DNA from: Micrococcales bacterium
Lineage (GTDB): Bacteria; Actinomycetota; Actinomycetes; Actinomycetales; Dermatophilaceae
Assembly: GCA_021287075.1 (NCBI GenBank)
Contig: JAJTBD010000007.1
Coordinates: forward strand, 29,498-93,497
Direction: 5' to 3'
Length of the DNA stretch: 64,000 nt
Both the position numbers and the translations under genes were made by a program. Under the pieces are notes generated by a model. It had not been told where the DNA came from and ran no database searches. It saw nothing but the letters and a program-made list of their open reading frames with translations. Below, piece by piece: positions 1-12,559 of this stretch. How positions within the stretch are numbered: position 1 is the stretch's first letter; every line of letters begins with the position of its first letter.

Positions 1-312
1 CTCGGCGCCGGTCTCGCGGGCCACCTCGGCCAGGGCGCGGGTGTGGTCCCAGTGCTGGTGGGTGGTCACGAGGTGGTCGAGCCGGCCGGTGCCCTCGGCG
101 ATGAGCGCCATGACGCGCTCGGGGTCGTCGGCGGCGTCGATGAGCAGCTGCTCGCCGGTGGCAGCGTCGGTGAGCAGATAGACGTTGTTGTGCATGTCCG
201 AGACCGACATCTTGCGGATCGTCAGGTGCGGCAGCTCGCGGACACTGCTCCGGCCGCCCGGCGTGACCTCGGGGCTGTAGCCGTCGGCCGGGGCGGTGGT
301 GGGCTCGCTCAT
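1..312 (-). CDS. MBL-fold metallo-hydrolase, N-terminal 104 codons (gene runs off the window start)
   Basis: Reverse-strand translation from ATG (312-310) gives [12 protein letters not shown]...[17 protein letters not shown], which carries the HxHxDH metallo-beta-lactamase motif. It is missing from the ORF track because the window edge truncates it. Confidence 0.75.
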   Translation of the reverse strand, partial: MSEPTTAPADGYSPEVTPGGRSSVRELPHLTIRKMSVSDMHNNVYLLTDAATGEQLLIDAADDPERVMALIAEGTGRLDHLVTTHQHWDHTRALAEVARETGAE

Positions 313-378
313 CTCGTCCTCCTGTGCTGGTCGGTAACTGCCCCCGACGCTACCGGGTGCCCCCGGACAGTGATGTCG

Positions 379-450
379 TATGCCGCGTGACGGGTCCTGC
401 GCAGCCCACCCGCCGGGGTGGCGTTCGCCCGCAGCGCAGCCACGCGGCAT
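379..450. repeat. Long-range inverted repeat ATGCCGCGTG / CACGCGGCAT (10-bp arms, 51-nt spacer) made of the window-wide motif
   Basis: Arms at 380-389 and 441-450 are exact reverse complements. An inner hairpin CCACCC-gccg-GGGTGG lies between them. The repeat sits immediately upstream of the uvrA promoter motif. Confidence 0.45.
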
Positions 451-455
451 TCGGC

Positions 456-477
456 TGTCGGTGGGCCCGCATAGCAT
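456..477 (+). promoter_or_regulatory. RecA-NDp / PafBC-type DNA-damage promoter motif for uvrA
   Basis: TGTCGGTG (456-463), then 8 nt, then TAGCAT (472-477) matches the published tTGTCRgtg-N8-TAnnnT motif. The GTG at 484 follows the -10 by 6 nt, consistent with a leaderless transcript. Confidence 0.5.
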
Positions 478-483
478 TGACGG

Positions 484-3623
<3,140 letters not shown>

Positions 3624-3627
<4 letters not shown>

Positions 3628-4208
3628 CCGGTCCGGGCACCGCGGCATACCGCGTCCGCACCGAGCGGGCCGGGGACCACGCGGCCGTCCGCGCGGTCAC
3701 GGCGGCGGCATTCGCCGAGGCGCAGTTCCAGGCGCCGCCGGTCGAGCCCGACGGCGCCCCGGGCGAGGCCACCCTTGTCGGCTGGCTGCGTGCCGACGCG
3801 GCTGGCTTCGTGCCAGAGCTGTCGGTGGTCGCCGTCGCGCCAGGCGGTGAGGTCGTCGGGCATGCCATCGCCACACGGGGCGGCTTCGACGGCGAGTCCT
3901 CTTCTGTCCCAGCGCCGCTCGGGCTCGGGCCGGTGAGCGTGCTGCCGCAGTGGCAGGGGCGCGGCATCGGGTCGGGGCTGGTGCGCGAGGTCCTCGCCCG
4001 GGCTGACGCGCTCGGTCACCCCGTCGTCGTCCTCGTGGGAGACCCGGCCTTCTACTCCCGCCTTGGCTTCGTGCCGGCGGTGCAGCTCGGCATCCCCGCA
4101 CCTGTCCCCGAGTGGGTCGAGGTCTACCAGGCGACCCCGCTGTCGGCCTGGGGCGGCGGCGACGTCCCTCGCCGCTTCCGCTACGCCGCGCCGTTCGACC
4201 GGCTCTGA
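3624..4208 (+). CDS. GNAT family N-acetyltransferase
   Basis: 194-aa ORF whose GTG start overlaps the uvrA stop (GTGA). The [11 protein letters not shown] segment resembles the GNAT acetyl-CoA binding motif. Confidence 0.65.
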
Positions 4209-4226
4209 TCCGGCTCCCACACGCGC

Positions 4227-4264
4227 GATGAGGGGTATGCCGCGCACGCGGCATACCCCTCATC
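4227..4264. terminator. 38-bp near-perfect palindrome, bidirectional terminator candidate between convergent GNAT and livF
   Basis: GATGAGGGGTATGCCGCG-CA-CGCGGCATACCCCTCATC has exact 18-bp arms built from an inverted pair of the GTATGCCGCG motif. Confidence 0.7.
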
Positions 4265-4282
4265 GTCGGGTGTGGCGGTGTG

Positions 4283-4987
4283 TCAGTCCTCGCCGAGATA
4301 GGCCTTGCGGACGTCGTCGCTGGTGAGCAGCTCCTTGCCGGTGCCCTCGAGGACGATCTTGCCGACCTCGAGGACATAGCCCTTGTCGGCGAGCTTGAGC
4401 GCCGCCTGGGCGTTCTGCTCCACGAGCAGGATCGTCGTGCCCTGCGAGCGCAGGGTGTCGACCGTGCTCATGATCCGCTTCATCATCAGGGGCGACAGGC
4501 CCATCGACGGCTCGTCGAGCATCAGCAGCTTGGGTCGGCTCATCATGGCCCGGCCCATTGCCAGCATCTGCTGCTCACCGCCCGAGAAGGTGCCTGCCGG
4601 CTGCTGCGACCGCTCGCCCAGGATGGGGAAGAGGTCATAGGCGGCCTGCAGGTCGGTGCGGATCTCCTTGTCGTTGCGGGCGAAGGCGCCGAGGAGCAGG
4701 TTCTCCTCCACCGTCATCCGCGGGAAGATCCGCCGGCCCTCGGGGGAGTGCGCCAGACCGAGCGTGACGATGTCGTGCGCCGGCACCTCGTCAATCCGCT
4801 TGCCCTGGAAGGTGATCGACCCGGCTGCCGGGCGGAGCAGACCCGAGATGGTGCGCAGGGTCGTGGTCTTGCCGGCGCCGTTGGTGCCGATGAGCGTGAC
4901 GACCTGGCCCTCGTCGACGGAGAAGGAGATGCCCTTGACCGCGGTGATCTTGCCGTAGGCGACCTCGAGGTCCCTGACCTCCAGCAT
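4283..4987 (-). CDS. livF: Branched-chain amino acid ABC transporter ATP-binding protein LivF
   Basis: MLEVRDLEVAYGKI...GTNGAGKTTT (Walker A), FSGGEQQML signature, LLMLDEPS Walker B. I chose the ATG at 4987; the longer ORF to 5125 would overlap livG. Confidence 0.9.
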   Translation of the reverse strand: MLEVRDLEVAYGKITAVKGISFSVDEGQVVTLIGTNGAGKTTTLRTISGLLRPAAGSITFQGKRIDEVPAHDIVTLGLAHSPEGRRIFPRMTVEENLLLGAFARNDKEIRTDLQAAYDLFPILGERSQQPAGTFSGGEQQMLAMGRAMMSRPKLLMLDEPSMGLSPLMMKRIMSTVDTLRSQGTTILLVEQNAQAALKLADKGYVLEVGKIVLEGTGKELLTSDDVRKAYLGED

Positions 4988-4992
4988 GGGGC

Positions 4993-5820
4993 TCACGCCT
5001 GCTCCTCCTCGTCGTCGGTGCCGCCACCGATATAGGCCTCGATGACGCGCGGGTCCGACTGCACCTCGGCGGGCGAGCCCTCGATGAGGGTCTCCCCACG
5101 CACGAGGCAGAGGACGCGGTCGCACAGGTTGAAGATGAACCGCATGTCGTGCTCGATGACGACGACGGCGATGCCCATGTCGCGGATCCGGAAGATCAGG
5201 TCACTGGCCTGACGGGTCTCCTGCGGGTTCATGCCCGCGGTCGGCTCGTCCAGCAGGATGACCTTGGGGTCCGTGGCGAGGGCGCGGGCGATCTCGAGCC
5301 GCCGCTGGTCGCCATAGGGCAGGTTGCGGGAGAGGTGCTCGGCCTTGTCGCCGAGCCCGACGAAGTCGAGCAGCTCCTGGGCACGCTCCCGGGTGGCCGC
5401 CTCCTCCCGCTTGTATTTCGGACCGCGCAGGATCGAGGTGAGCGGGCCCGCCGACGTGCGGCAGTAGCGCCCGACCATGACGTTCTCCAGCGAGGTCATG
5501 TTGCTGAAGAGGCGAATGTTCTGGAAGGTCCGGGCCATGCCCGCGGTGACGACCCGGCGCGGCTTCGGCGGCAGGGTCTCGCCGCTGAGCGTGACCTGCC
5601 CCTCGGTCGGCTTGTACATGCCCGTGAGGCAGTTGAAGAAGGTCGTCTTGCCGGCACCGTTGGGGCCGATCAGCCCGACGATCTCGCCCTCGTGGACGGT
5701 GAGGTCGACGTTGTTGACGGCGACGAGGCCGCCGAAGCGCATGACGACCCCGCGTGCCTCGACGACCGGGGCCCCGATGGCGGGCGCGGTCCGCTGCGGT
5801 GCGGTTGCTGCGGTGCTCAT
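4993..5820 (-). CDS. livG: Branched-chain amino acid ABC transporter ATP-binding protein LivG
   Basis: 275-aa ORF with GPNGAGKTTFFN Walker A, YGDQRRLEIARAL and ILLDEPTAGMNP, typical of LivG. Confidence 0.9.
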   Translation of the reverse strand: MSTAATAPQRTAPAIGAPVVEARGVVMRFGGLVAVNNVDLTVHEGEIVGLIGPNGAGKTTFFNCLTGMYKPTEGQVTLSGETLPPKPRRVVTAGMARTFQNIRLFSNMTSLENVMVGRYCRTSAGPLTSILRGPKYKREEAATRERAQELLDFVGLGDKAEHLSRNLPYGDQRRLEIARALATDPKVILLDEPTAGMNPQETRQASDLIFRIRDMGIAVVVIEHDMRFIFNLCDRVLCLVRGETLIEGSPAEVQSDPRVIEAYIGGGTDDEEEQA

Positions 5821-7514
5821 CTCACATCCTCCAGGTGCCAGTCCTCGACCTCTTCGGCCAGGGATTCGTCCTCGTCATGGAACTCCAGCTGACGGCGCCG
5901 GCTCGCGACCAGGCCCTCCGGCCGGAAGCGCATCATCAGCACGAGCAGCAGGCCGAACAGCAGCAGGCGGTACTCGCTGAAGAAGCGCAGCTTCTCGGGC
6001 ATGAGCTTGAGGATCGTGGCGCCGATGAGGACGCCCGCGATCGTGCCCATGCCGCCGAGGACGACGGCCGCGAGCAGGAAGGCCGACTCGAGGAAGAGGT
6101 ACTGGTCGGGCGAGACCGCGCTGTCCTGGTGGGCCTTGATCGTGCCCGCCAGACCGGCGAGGAAGGCGCCGCCGGCGAACGCGAGCAGCTTGAGGCCGAA
6201 GACGTTGACGCCCATGGCCTCCGCGGCCCGCTCGTCCTCCCGGATGGCGACCCAGCCACGGCCGATGCGGCTGTTGTTGAGTCGGGTGAAGACCAGGATG
6301 ATGAAGCCGATCAGCAGCAGCAGGATGAAGTAGTAGTTGCTGAACCGGCCCAGCGGGATGCCGAAGACATTGTGGGTGTCGCCGAAGTTGAACGACCCGA
6401 TCTGGAGGTCCGGGATGCCGGGGATGCCGTTGGGCCCGTTGGTCAGCTTGGGCCCGTTGTTGCCGTCCAGGTTGAACATGGCCAGTCGGAAGATCTCACC
6501 GAAGGCGAGGGTCACGATGGCCAGGTAGTCGCCGGACACCCGCAGGGTGGGGGAGCCGATGATCAGGCCGAAGATCGAGGCCACGATGGCACCGATCAGC
6601 ATCGTCACCAGGAAGGGCGGCTTCCAGCCGATCGTGGCGAAGGCGGAGTTCGACATCATCGCGCCGATGTAGGCGCCCGACCCGAGGAAGGCGATGTAGC
6701 CCAGGTCGAGCAGGCCGGCGAGGCCGACGACGATGTTGAGGCCGATGGCCGTGGCCGCGAAGATCAGCACCTGCGTGGCGATCGACATGTTGGCGTCCGA
6801 GCCGTTCTGGGTGAACGGGAAGAGGAATGCCACCGCGAATGCCGCGAGCGTCAGCACGTGCTTGTGGCGCTGGGCCACGTGGCCGAACCAGGTGAAGAAC
6901 CCCGAGCGGGCCAGGCCCATGCTGAGGGCGATGATGAAGGCCAGCCCGAGCACGAACAGCCAGGCGTCGTCCTGGTTGAGCAGGTATGCCGCGAGAAAGA
7001 GGACCGCGGCCATCGACAGGGCGATCACCAGGATCTCGGCCCAGCCGGGGATGCGGGCACTGTGCATCTGGCCGAGCTCGCGCTGCGGCACGAAGCGCGA
7101 GCCGACGAACATCAGCAGCGCGCCGACGAGTGCGATCCAGCCGCCCTCGTTGACGTTGACCAGGCCGCCGGCCTCGGTCGCGATGGCCGCGAGGACGAGC
7201 GCGACGAAGACGAGCACGCCGGTGCTCAGCGCCCGCAGGCCCAGGGCCACGTCGAGCCAGTTGCCCACGCGGCGCAGCGGACCGCGGTCCATGAGCGCGA
7301 AGGCCACGCCGAGGGCCCCGAGGACCATCGCCATGATCTGCACGCCGACCGGCCAGAAGCGGATCGAGATGTCACCGAGGATGCGGTCGTCATAGGACCA
7401 CGAGAGCAGGCCGCTGACGAGCAGCAGCGCTGAGCCGAGCAGCGCGAGCGGCCAGCCCTTGGCGGCGTGCTTCGCGCGCGTCTCGTCGGAGAGGGTGGGG
7501 AGTGCGTACCTCAT
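5817..7514 (-). CDS. livM: Branched-chain amino acid ABC transporter permease LivM (with N-terminal transmembrane extension)
   Basis: Polytopic membrane ORF. The ATG at 7514 overlaps the livH stop (ATGA), and the stop overlaps the livG start. I discounted the longer ORF to 7592. Confidence 0.85.
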   Translation of the reverse strand: MRYALPTLSDETRAKHAAKGWPLALLGSALLLVSGLLSWSYDDRILGDISIRFWPVGVQIMAMVLGALGVAFALMDRGPLRRVGNWLDVALGLRALSTGVLVFVALVLAAIATEAGGLVNVNEGGWIALVGALLMFVGSRFVPQRELGQMHSARIPGWAEILVIALSMAAVLFLAAYLLNQDDAWLFVLGLAFIIALSMGLARSGFFTWFGHVAQRHKHVLTLAAFAVAFLFPFTQNGSDANMSIATQVLIFAATAIGLNIVVGLAGLLDLGYIAFLGSGAYIGAMMSNSAFATIGWKPPFLVTMLIGAIVASIFGLIIGSPTLRVSGDYLAIVTLAFGEIFRLAMFNLDGNNGPKLTNGPNGIPGIPDLQIGSFNFGDTHNVFGIPLGRFSNYYFILLLLIGFIILVFTRLNNSRIGRGWVAIREDERAAEAMGVNVFGLKLLAFAGGAFLAGLAGTIKAHQDSAVSPDQYLFLESAFLLAAVVLGGMGTIAGVLIGATILKLMPEKLRFFSEYRLLLFGLLLVLMMRFRPEGLVASRRRQLEFHDEDESLAEEVEDWHLEDVR

Positions 7515-8458
7515 GCCCGGTCCACCACCTTGGCGCCAAGCAGGCCCTGGGGCCGGAAGACCAGCACGATGATGAGGAGGGCGAAGGCCCACACGTCTTT
7601 CCAGGCCGAGCCGCCGAACTGACCGGGAACATACTGCGTCGCGAGGGCCTCGACCACGCCGAGGACGAGTCCACCGACGACGGCGCCCTGGATGTTGCCG
7701 ATGCCGCCGAGGACGGCGGCGGTGAAGGCCTTCAGGCCGGCGGTGAAGCCGATCTTGAAGTTGATGTTGGCGTTCTGGAGGCCCTGGGCGACACCGGCGA
7801 TGGCCGCGAGGGCGGCTCCGAGGGCGAACGCGACGACGATGATGCGGTCGACGTTGATGCCCATCAGACGCGCGGTGTCAGGGTCCTGCGAGACGGCCTG
7901 CATGGCGTGGCCGAGCTTGGTGCGGTTGATGAAGTACCACAGCAGCGCGGCGCACATGATCAGGCAGCCGATGGTGAACAGCGCCGACTTCTGCACCACG
8001 ACGCCACCGGCCTCGAAGGCCGTGCCGGTCACGCCCTCGATGCGGGGGAAGGGGATGCGCTGCTTGGCGGAGGGGAAGTTGGTGCCGGGGATCTTGTCGT
8101 AGAAGAGCCGCACGAACTCCTGGAGGAAGACGGAGATGCCGATGGCGGTGATGAGCGGGGCGAGCCGGGGCGCGCCGCGCAGCGGGCGGTAGGCGACCCG
8201 CTCCATGATCACCGCGGTCGCGACCGAGGCGATGACGGCGCCGATGATCATGACCGGCAGGATCCACAGGGATGTCTGTCCCTGGAAGAGCAGCAGATAG
8301 GTGCTGAGGGCTCCGAACGCGCCGATCATGAAGACCTCGCCGTGGGCGAAGTTGATCAGCTGGACGATGCCGTAGACCACGGTGTAGCCGACGGCGATGA
8401 GCGCGTAGAGGGAGCCCAGCGTCAGCCCGTTGACGAGCTGCTGGGCAAAGGTGTCCAC
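7511..8458 (-). CDS. livH: Branched-chain amino acid ABC transporter permease LivH
   Basis: 315-aa hydrophobic ORF starting MDTFAQQLVNGLTLGSLYALIAVGYTVVYG, a characteristic LivH N-terminus. Confidence 0.9.
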   Translation of the reverse strand: MDTFAQQLVNGLTLGSLYALIAVGYTVVYGIVQLINFAHGEVFMIGAFGALSTYLLLFQGQTSLWILPVMIIGAVIASVATAVIMERVAYRPLRGAPRLAPLITAIGISVFLQEFVRLFYDKIPGTNFPSAKQRIPFPRIEGVTGTAFEAGGVVVQKSALFTIGCLIMCAALLWYFINRTKLGHAMQAVSQDPDTARLMGINVDRIIVVAFALGAALAAIAGVAQGLQNANINFKIGFTAGLKAFTAAVLGGIGNIQGAVVGGLVLGVVEALATQYVPGQFGGSAWKDVWAFALLIIVLVFRPQGLLGAKVVDRA

Positions 8459-8533
8459 GTAAGGACCTCCTCGGGGTGTCAGGTGGGTCTTTTCAGCCGG
8501 GGCGGAGCCGATGCGGGCAGGCCCCGGGCGCGC

Positions 8534-8569
8534 GACAGCGGGGGCGGGGGTTTCCCGGCCCCCGCTGTC
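8534..8569 (-). terminator. Intercistronic stem-loop between the binding-protein gene and livH (attenuator or partial terminator candidate)
   Basis: GACAGCGGGGGC ... GCCCCCGCTGTC are exact 12-bp arms, with an inner GGG/CCC extension. There is no U tract. Confidence 0.45.
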
Positions 8570-8590
8570 GGCGGCTACGTGGCTATCGGC

Positions 8591-9823
8591 TTACTTGAAC
8601 TCTTCGGTGTTGACCGGGGCCCACTTCTCGCCCTCGACCTTGTAGACGGTCAGGACCTTGGAGGTGGTGTCGCCGTACTGGTCGAAGGCGACCTTGCCGG
8701 TGACGCCGTCGAATGAGACATCGGCCATGGCCTTGACGGTCGCCTCGCGGGCGCTCTCGGCCGACGTGGCGTCCTTCAGCGAGACCTTGGCGGCCTCGAT
8801 GATCGCCTTGGCGGCGTCGTAGGAGTAGGCGCCGTAGGCCTCGTAGGGCTCGGGGAACTTGGCGGCCTCGTAGTCGGTGACGAACTTCTTGGCCGACTCC
8901 AGCTCCTCGGTCGGGGCACCGACCGACGTGGCCAGGTCACCCTTGGAGGTGGCGCCCGCCAGCTTGATGAACTCACCGGAGAAGATGCCGTCGCCGCCCA
9001 TCAGGGGGACGTTGAGACCGGCTGCCTTCATCTGCTGCGACAGCGGACCGGCCTGCGGGTACTCGCCGCCGTAGTAGACCGCCTCGGGGGCCTTGGGCTT
9101 GATCTTGGAGATGACTGCGTCGTACTTGTCGTCATCGGGGTTGATCGTCTGGGCCTCGACGACCTGGCCGCCGAGCTTCTTGAACTCCTCGGAGAACGAG
9201 GTCGCCAGGCCCTGGCCGTAGGTCTTCTTGTCGTGGATCGTCGCGACCTTCTTGATGCCGGCCTTCTGGAAGAGGTAACGGGCGGCGAAGGGGCCCTGCA
9301 CCGAGTCGGTGGTGCAGGTGCGGAAGTAGTTGTCGTAGGTGCGCTTGGGCGCGTTGGCGAAGTCGGCGCCCATCGTCAGCGAAGGGTTGGTGTTGGCCGG
9401 CGAGACCTGGGCGATCTTGGCGGAGTTCAGCACCGGCTGCACCGACTGGGCCACGGAGGAGTTCAGCGTGCCGACGACACCGATGACGTCCTTGTCGCCC
9501 GCGAGGGCGGTGGCGGCGTTCTTGCCCACGTCGGGCTTGGCCTCGTCGTCCTTGGCGGCGACCTCGAGGGTCCAGCCGTTGAGGTCGCCGGACTCGTTGG
9601 CCTGCTTGACCGCGAGCTCGACCGAGTGCTCGATGCCCTTGCCGAGGGCGGACAGGTCACCCGAGAGCGGTGCGATGACGCCGATCTTGGCGACCTTCTT
9701 GGCGTCACCCGAGCCAGAGCCCGAGTCCGATCCCGAGTCCCCGCCACGGGTTCCGCACGCCGACAGCGCGAGGGATGCGACGAGCACCGAGGTGCCGAGA
9801 GTGACAACGGAACGCTGAGTCAC
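8591..9823 (-). CDS. livJ: Branched-chain amino acid ABC transporter substrate-binding lipoprotein
   Basis: A GTG at 9823 follows GGAGGAA. The signal peptide has a lipobox (LALSAC). The body is a periplasmic binding-protein fold sequence (IGVIAPLSGDLSALGKG...). Confidence 0.85.
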   Translation of the reverse strand: MTQRSVVTLGTSVLVASLALSACGTRGGDSGSDSGSGSGDAKKVAKIGVIAPLSGDLSALGKGIEHSVELAVKQANESGDLNGWTLEVAAKDDEAKPDVGKNAATALAGDKDVIGVVGTLNSSVAQSVQPVLNSAKIAQVSPANTNPSLTMGADFANAPKRTYDNYFRTCTTDSVQGPFAARYLFQKAGIKKVATIHDKKTYGQGLATSFSEEFKKLGGQVVEAQTINPDDDKYDAVISKIKPKAPEAVYYGGEYPQAGPLSQQMKAAGLNVPLMGGDGIFSGEFIKLAGATSKGDLATSVGAPTEELESAKKFVTDYEAAKFPEPYEAYGAYSYDAAKAIIEAAKVSLKDATSAESAREATVKAMADVSFDGVTGKVAFDQYGDTTSKVLTVYKVEGEKWAPVNTEEFK

Positions 9824-9997
9824 TGGTTCCTCCTGGAGAGTGTGTGTCGAGCGGTTGCTCGTTGCGGTGAAAGTAGTCGGGAGTCCCGCGAATGTAATTA
9901 GCTGGGCGGACGACGTGACCGTGTCGTTACCTACGGGGCCGCCCACGGGGCCATCCCGCGCGACGGACGGTCGGGGCACGGCGGCATACTCATCTGC

Positions 9998-10399
9998 ATG
10001 AGCACGGAGCAGACGACGATCTGGTGCGCGCGGCGCACCGTCCTTGCGGGAGCGGCCGGGGTCGCCGCGCTCGGCCTAACCGGATGCGGCGGTGGTGGCG
10101 GCTCGGAGGCCAGGACCGGCGCGATCAAGACGGCCGACATCCCGGTCGGGGGAGCGGTCTACTACTCCGACGCCAAGGTGATCGTGGCCCAGCCGACGGC
10201 GGGCGACTACAAGGCCTTCTCGTCGGTGTGCACCCACGCCGGCGGCAGCGTCTCGCAGATCGACGGCGCCAAGGGCACCTGCCCGCTGCACGGCAGCGTC
10301 TTCAATGTCACCACCGGCGCAGTCGAGCAGGGCCCGGCCACCACGCCTCTGGAGGAGCGGCAGGTCACCGTCAGCGGCGACACGATCACGATCGCCTGA
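9998..10399 (+). CDS. Rieske (2Fe-2S) domain protein, predicted Tat-exported lipoprotein
   Basis: 133-aa ORF with a twin-arginine region ARRTVLAGAAG, lipobox LTGC, and Rieske ligand boxes CTHAGG and CPLHGS. Confidence 0.8.
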   Translation: MSTEQTTIWCARRTVLAGAAGVAALGLTGCGGGGGSEARTGAIKTADIPVGGAVYYSDAKVIVAQPTAGDYKAFSSVCTHAGGSVSQIDGAKGTCPLHGSVFNVTTGAVEQGPATTPLEERQVTVSGDTITIA

Positions 10400-10424
10400 C
10401 CCGACCCGGCCTCCGGCGCCACGA

Positions 10425-10446
10425 TGTCGGGGGGCATACATAGGGT
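10425..10446 (+). promoter_or_regulatory. RecA-NDp-like promoter motif for uvrC
   Basis: TGTCGGGG (10425-10432), then 8 nt (ggcataca), then TAGGGT (10441-10446). The GTG at 10454 lies 7 nt downstream. There is one mismatch to the TGTCRgtg core. Confidence 0.4.
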
Positions 10447-10453
10447 GGGGGGC

Positions 10454-12559
10454 GTGGCTGACCCGTCGACCTACCGCCCCAAGCCTGGGGAGATCCCCAC
10501 CGACCCTGGGGTCTACCGCTTCCGCGACAAGGACGGGCGGGTCATCTATGTGGGCAAGGCCAAGTCGCTGCGCTCGCGCCTGTCCTCCTACTTCCAGGAC
10601 ATCTCGGCGCTGCACCCGCGCACGGCCACCATGGTCCGCACCGGCGCCAGCGTCGAGTGGACGGTCGTCACCAACGAGGTGGAGGCCCTCCAGCTGGAGT
10701 ACTCCTGGATCAAGGAGTTCGACCCCCGCTTCAACGTCAAATACCGCGACGACAAGTCCTATCCCTATCTCGCGGTGACCCTGGGCGAGGAGTTCCCGCG
10801 CGCCCAGGTGATGCGCGGCGCCAAGCGCAAGGGCACCCGCTATTTCGGCCCCTACACCCACGCGTGGGCGATCCGCGAGACGCTCGACCAGCTGCTGCGG
10901 GTCTTCCCGATGCGCACCTGCTCCACCGGGGTCTTCCGCCGGGCCGGGCAGGTCGGCCGGCCCTGTCTGCTGGGCTATATCGACAAGTGCTCTGCACCCT
11001 GCGTCGGGCGGGTCAGCCCCGAGGAGCACCGCGAGATCGCCGAGGACTTCTGCGACTTCATGGCCGGCAACACCTCACGGTTCGTCCGCCGGCTGGAGCG
11101 CGAGATGAAGGCCGCGGCAGCCGACCTCGAGTTCGAGCGGGCCGCCCGTCTGCGCGACGACCTGGCGGCCCTGGAGAAGGCCCTGGAGCGCTCCGCGGTC
11201 GTCCTCGGCGACAGGACCGACGCCGACGTCTTCGGGCTGGCCGACGACGAGCTCGAGGTCGCCGTGCAGGTCTTCCACGTGCGCGCCGGCCGCATCCGCG
11301 GTCAGCGCGGGTGGGTCGCCGAGAAGGACGCCGCCACGACCGAGGAGGTCGTCGAGGCCCTGCTCCAGCAGGTCTATGGCGGCGAGGGCGGCGAGGACGT
11401 GCCGCGCGAGGTGCTGGTCCCCGTGCTGCCCCCCGACCCCGACTCCGTGCAGGAGTGGCTGGGCGCCCAGCGCGGCTCGCGAGTGCGGCTGCGCGCTCCC
11501 GCCCGGGGCGACAAGAAGGCCCTGATCGAGACGGTCGGGCGCAACGCCCACCAGTCGCTGGCCCGCCACAAGGTCACCCGTGCCGGCGACCTCACCGCGC
11601 GCAGCCAGGCACTCCAGGAGCTCCAGGAGGCCCTCGAGCTGTCCGAGGCGCCCCTGCGCATCGAGTGCTACGACATCTCCCATGTCCAGGGCACCCAGGT
11701 GGTGGGCTCGATGGTCGTCTTCGAGGACGGACTGCCCCGCAAGGGCGAGTACCGCCGGTTCATCGTCCGCGGCGACGCCGGCGCGCCGGCGGACGCCGAG
11801 GACCGTATGCCGCCTGGCGGCGACGCGCCCGCCTCGCCTGCCGAGCAGCGCACCATCGACGACACCGCGGCGATGCACGAGGTGCTGACCCGCCGCTTCC
11901 GCAGGATGGCCGCCGACCGCGCCCAGGCGACCCCCGGCGCCCCACAGGAGGGCGGCCCCGACACGGGCGGGGAGGTCCGGCCCGGCCCCATCGACGAGGA
12001 GACCGGCCGGCCCCGCCGGTTCGCCTACCCGCCCCAGCTGGTCGTCGTCGACGGCGGGCTGCCCCAGGTCAACGCCGCCCAGCGGGTGCTCAGCGAGCTC
12101 GGCATCGCCGATGTGGCGGTCGTCGGCCTGGCCAAGCGCCTGGAGGAGGTGTGGGTGCCCGGACAGGACTTCCCGGTCATCCTGCCGCGCACCAGCGAGG
12201 GGCTCTATCTGCTCCAGCGGGTGCGCGACGAGGCACACCGCTTCGCGATCACCTTCCACCGCGAGCGCCGGTCCAAGGCGATGACCGTCTCCGCCCTCGA
12301 CGGCATACCCGGCCTCGGCGCGGCCCGGCAGAAGGCCCTGCTGCGCCACTTCGGCTCGGTCAAGCGCATCCGGGCGGCCGCGCCCGAGGAGCTGACCGAG
12401 GTCGCTGGCATCGGACCTGCGCTCGCTGCCACGATTGCGGCACAGTTGTCCTCCGGGGAGGCCCCCGCCCCTGCCGTGAATCTCACCACGGGTGAGATCC
12501 TCGAGGACGACCCCCCTGCACCCCCGCACGACACCTTCACCGCTGAGGAGCCGACGTGA
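10454..12559 (+). CDS. uvrC: Excinuclease ABC subunit UvrC
   Basis: GIY-YIG N-terminus ([25 protein letters not shown]), a UVR domain ([13 protein letters not shown]) and a C-terminal HhH ([19 protein letters not shown]). The ORF opens at 10424; I prefer GTG 10454 because of the promoter geometry. Confidence 0.95.
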   Translation: MADPSTYRPKPGEIPTDPGVYRFRDKDGRVIYVGKAKSLRSRLSSYFQDISALHPRTATMVRTGASVEWTVVTNEVEALQLEYSWIKEFDPRFNVKYRDDKSYPYLAVTLGEEFPRAQVMRGAKRKGTRYFGPYTHAWAIRETLDQLLRVFPMRTCSTGVFRRAGQVGRPCLLGYIDKCSAPCVGRVSPEEHREIAEDFCDFMAGNTSRFVRRLEREMKAAAADLEFERAARLRDDLAALEKALERSAVVLGDRTDADVFGLADDELEVAVQVFHVRAGRIRGQRGWVAEKDAATTEEVVEALLQQVYGGEGGEDVPREVLVPVLPPDPDSVQEWLGAQRGSRVRLRAPARGDKKALIETVGRNAHQSLARHKVTRAGDLTARSQALQELQEALELSEAPLRIECYDISHVQGTQVVGSMVVFEDGLPRKGEYRRFIVRGDAGAPADAEDRMPPGGDAPASPAEQRTIDDTAAMHEVLTRRFRRMAADRAQATPGAPQEGGPDTGGEVRPGPIDEETGRPRRFAYPPQLVVVDGGLPQVNAAQRVLSELGIADVAVVGLAKRLEEVWVPGQDFPVILPRTSEGLYLLQRVRDEAHRFAITFHRERRSKAMTVSALDGIPGLGAARQKALLRHFGSVKRIRAAAPEELTEVAGIGPALAATIAAQLSSGEAPAPAVNLTTGEILEDDPPAPPHDTFTAEEPT

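Noticed and set aside
313-483. LexA (Cheo/SOS) box upstream of uvrA
   Set aside because: No GAAC-N4-GTTC or TCGAAC-N4-GTTCGA-like sequence is present. The RecA-NDp-type motif fits instead.
5754-7433. 559-aa plus-strand ORF overlapping livM
   Set aside because: It is antisense to a clearly recognisable permease gene, and its product is a Gly/Asp/Glu/Arg/His-rich low-complexity string. This is the typical shadow ORF of high-GC DNA.
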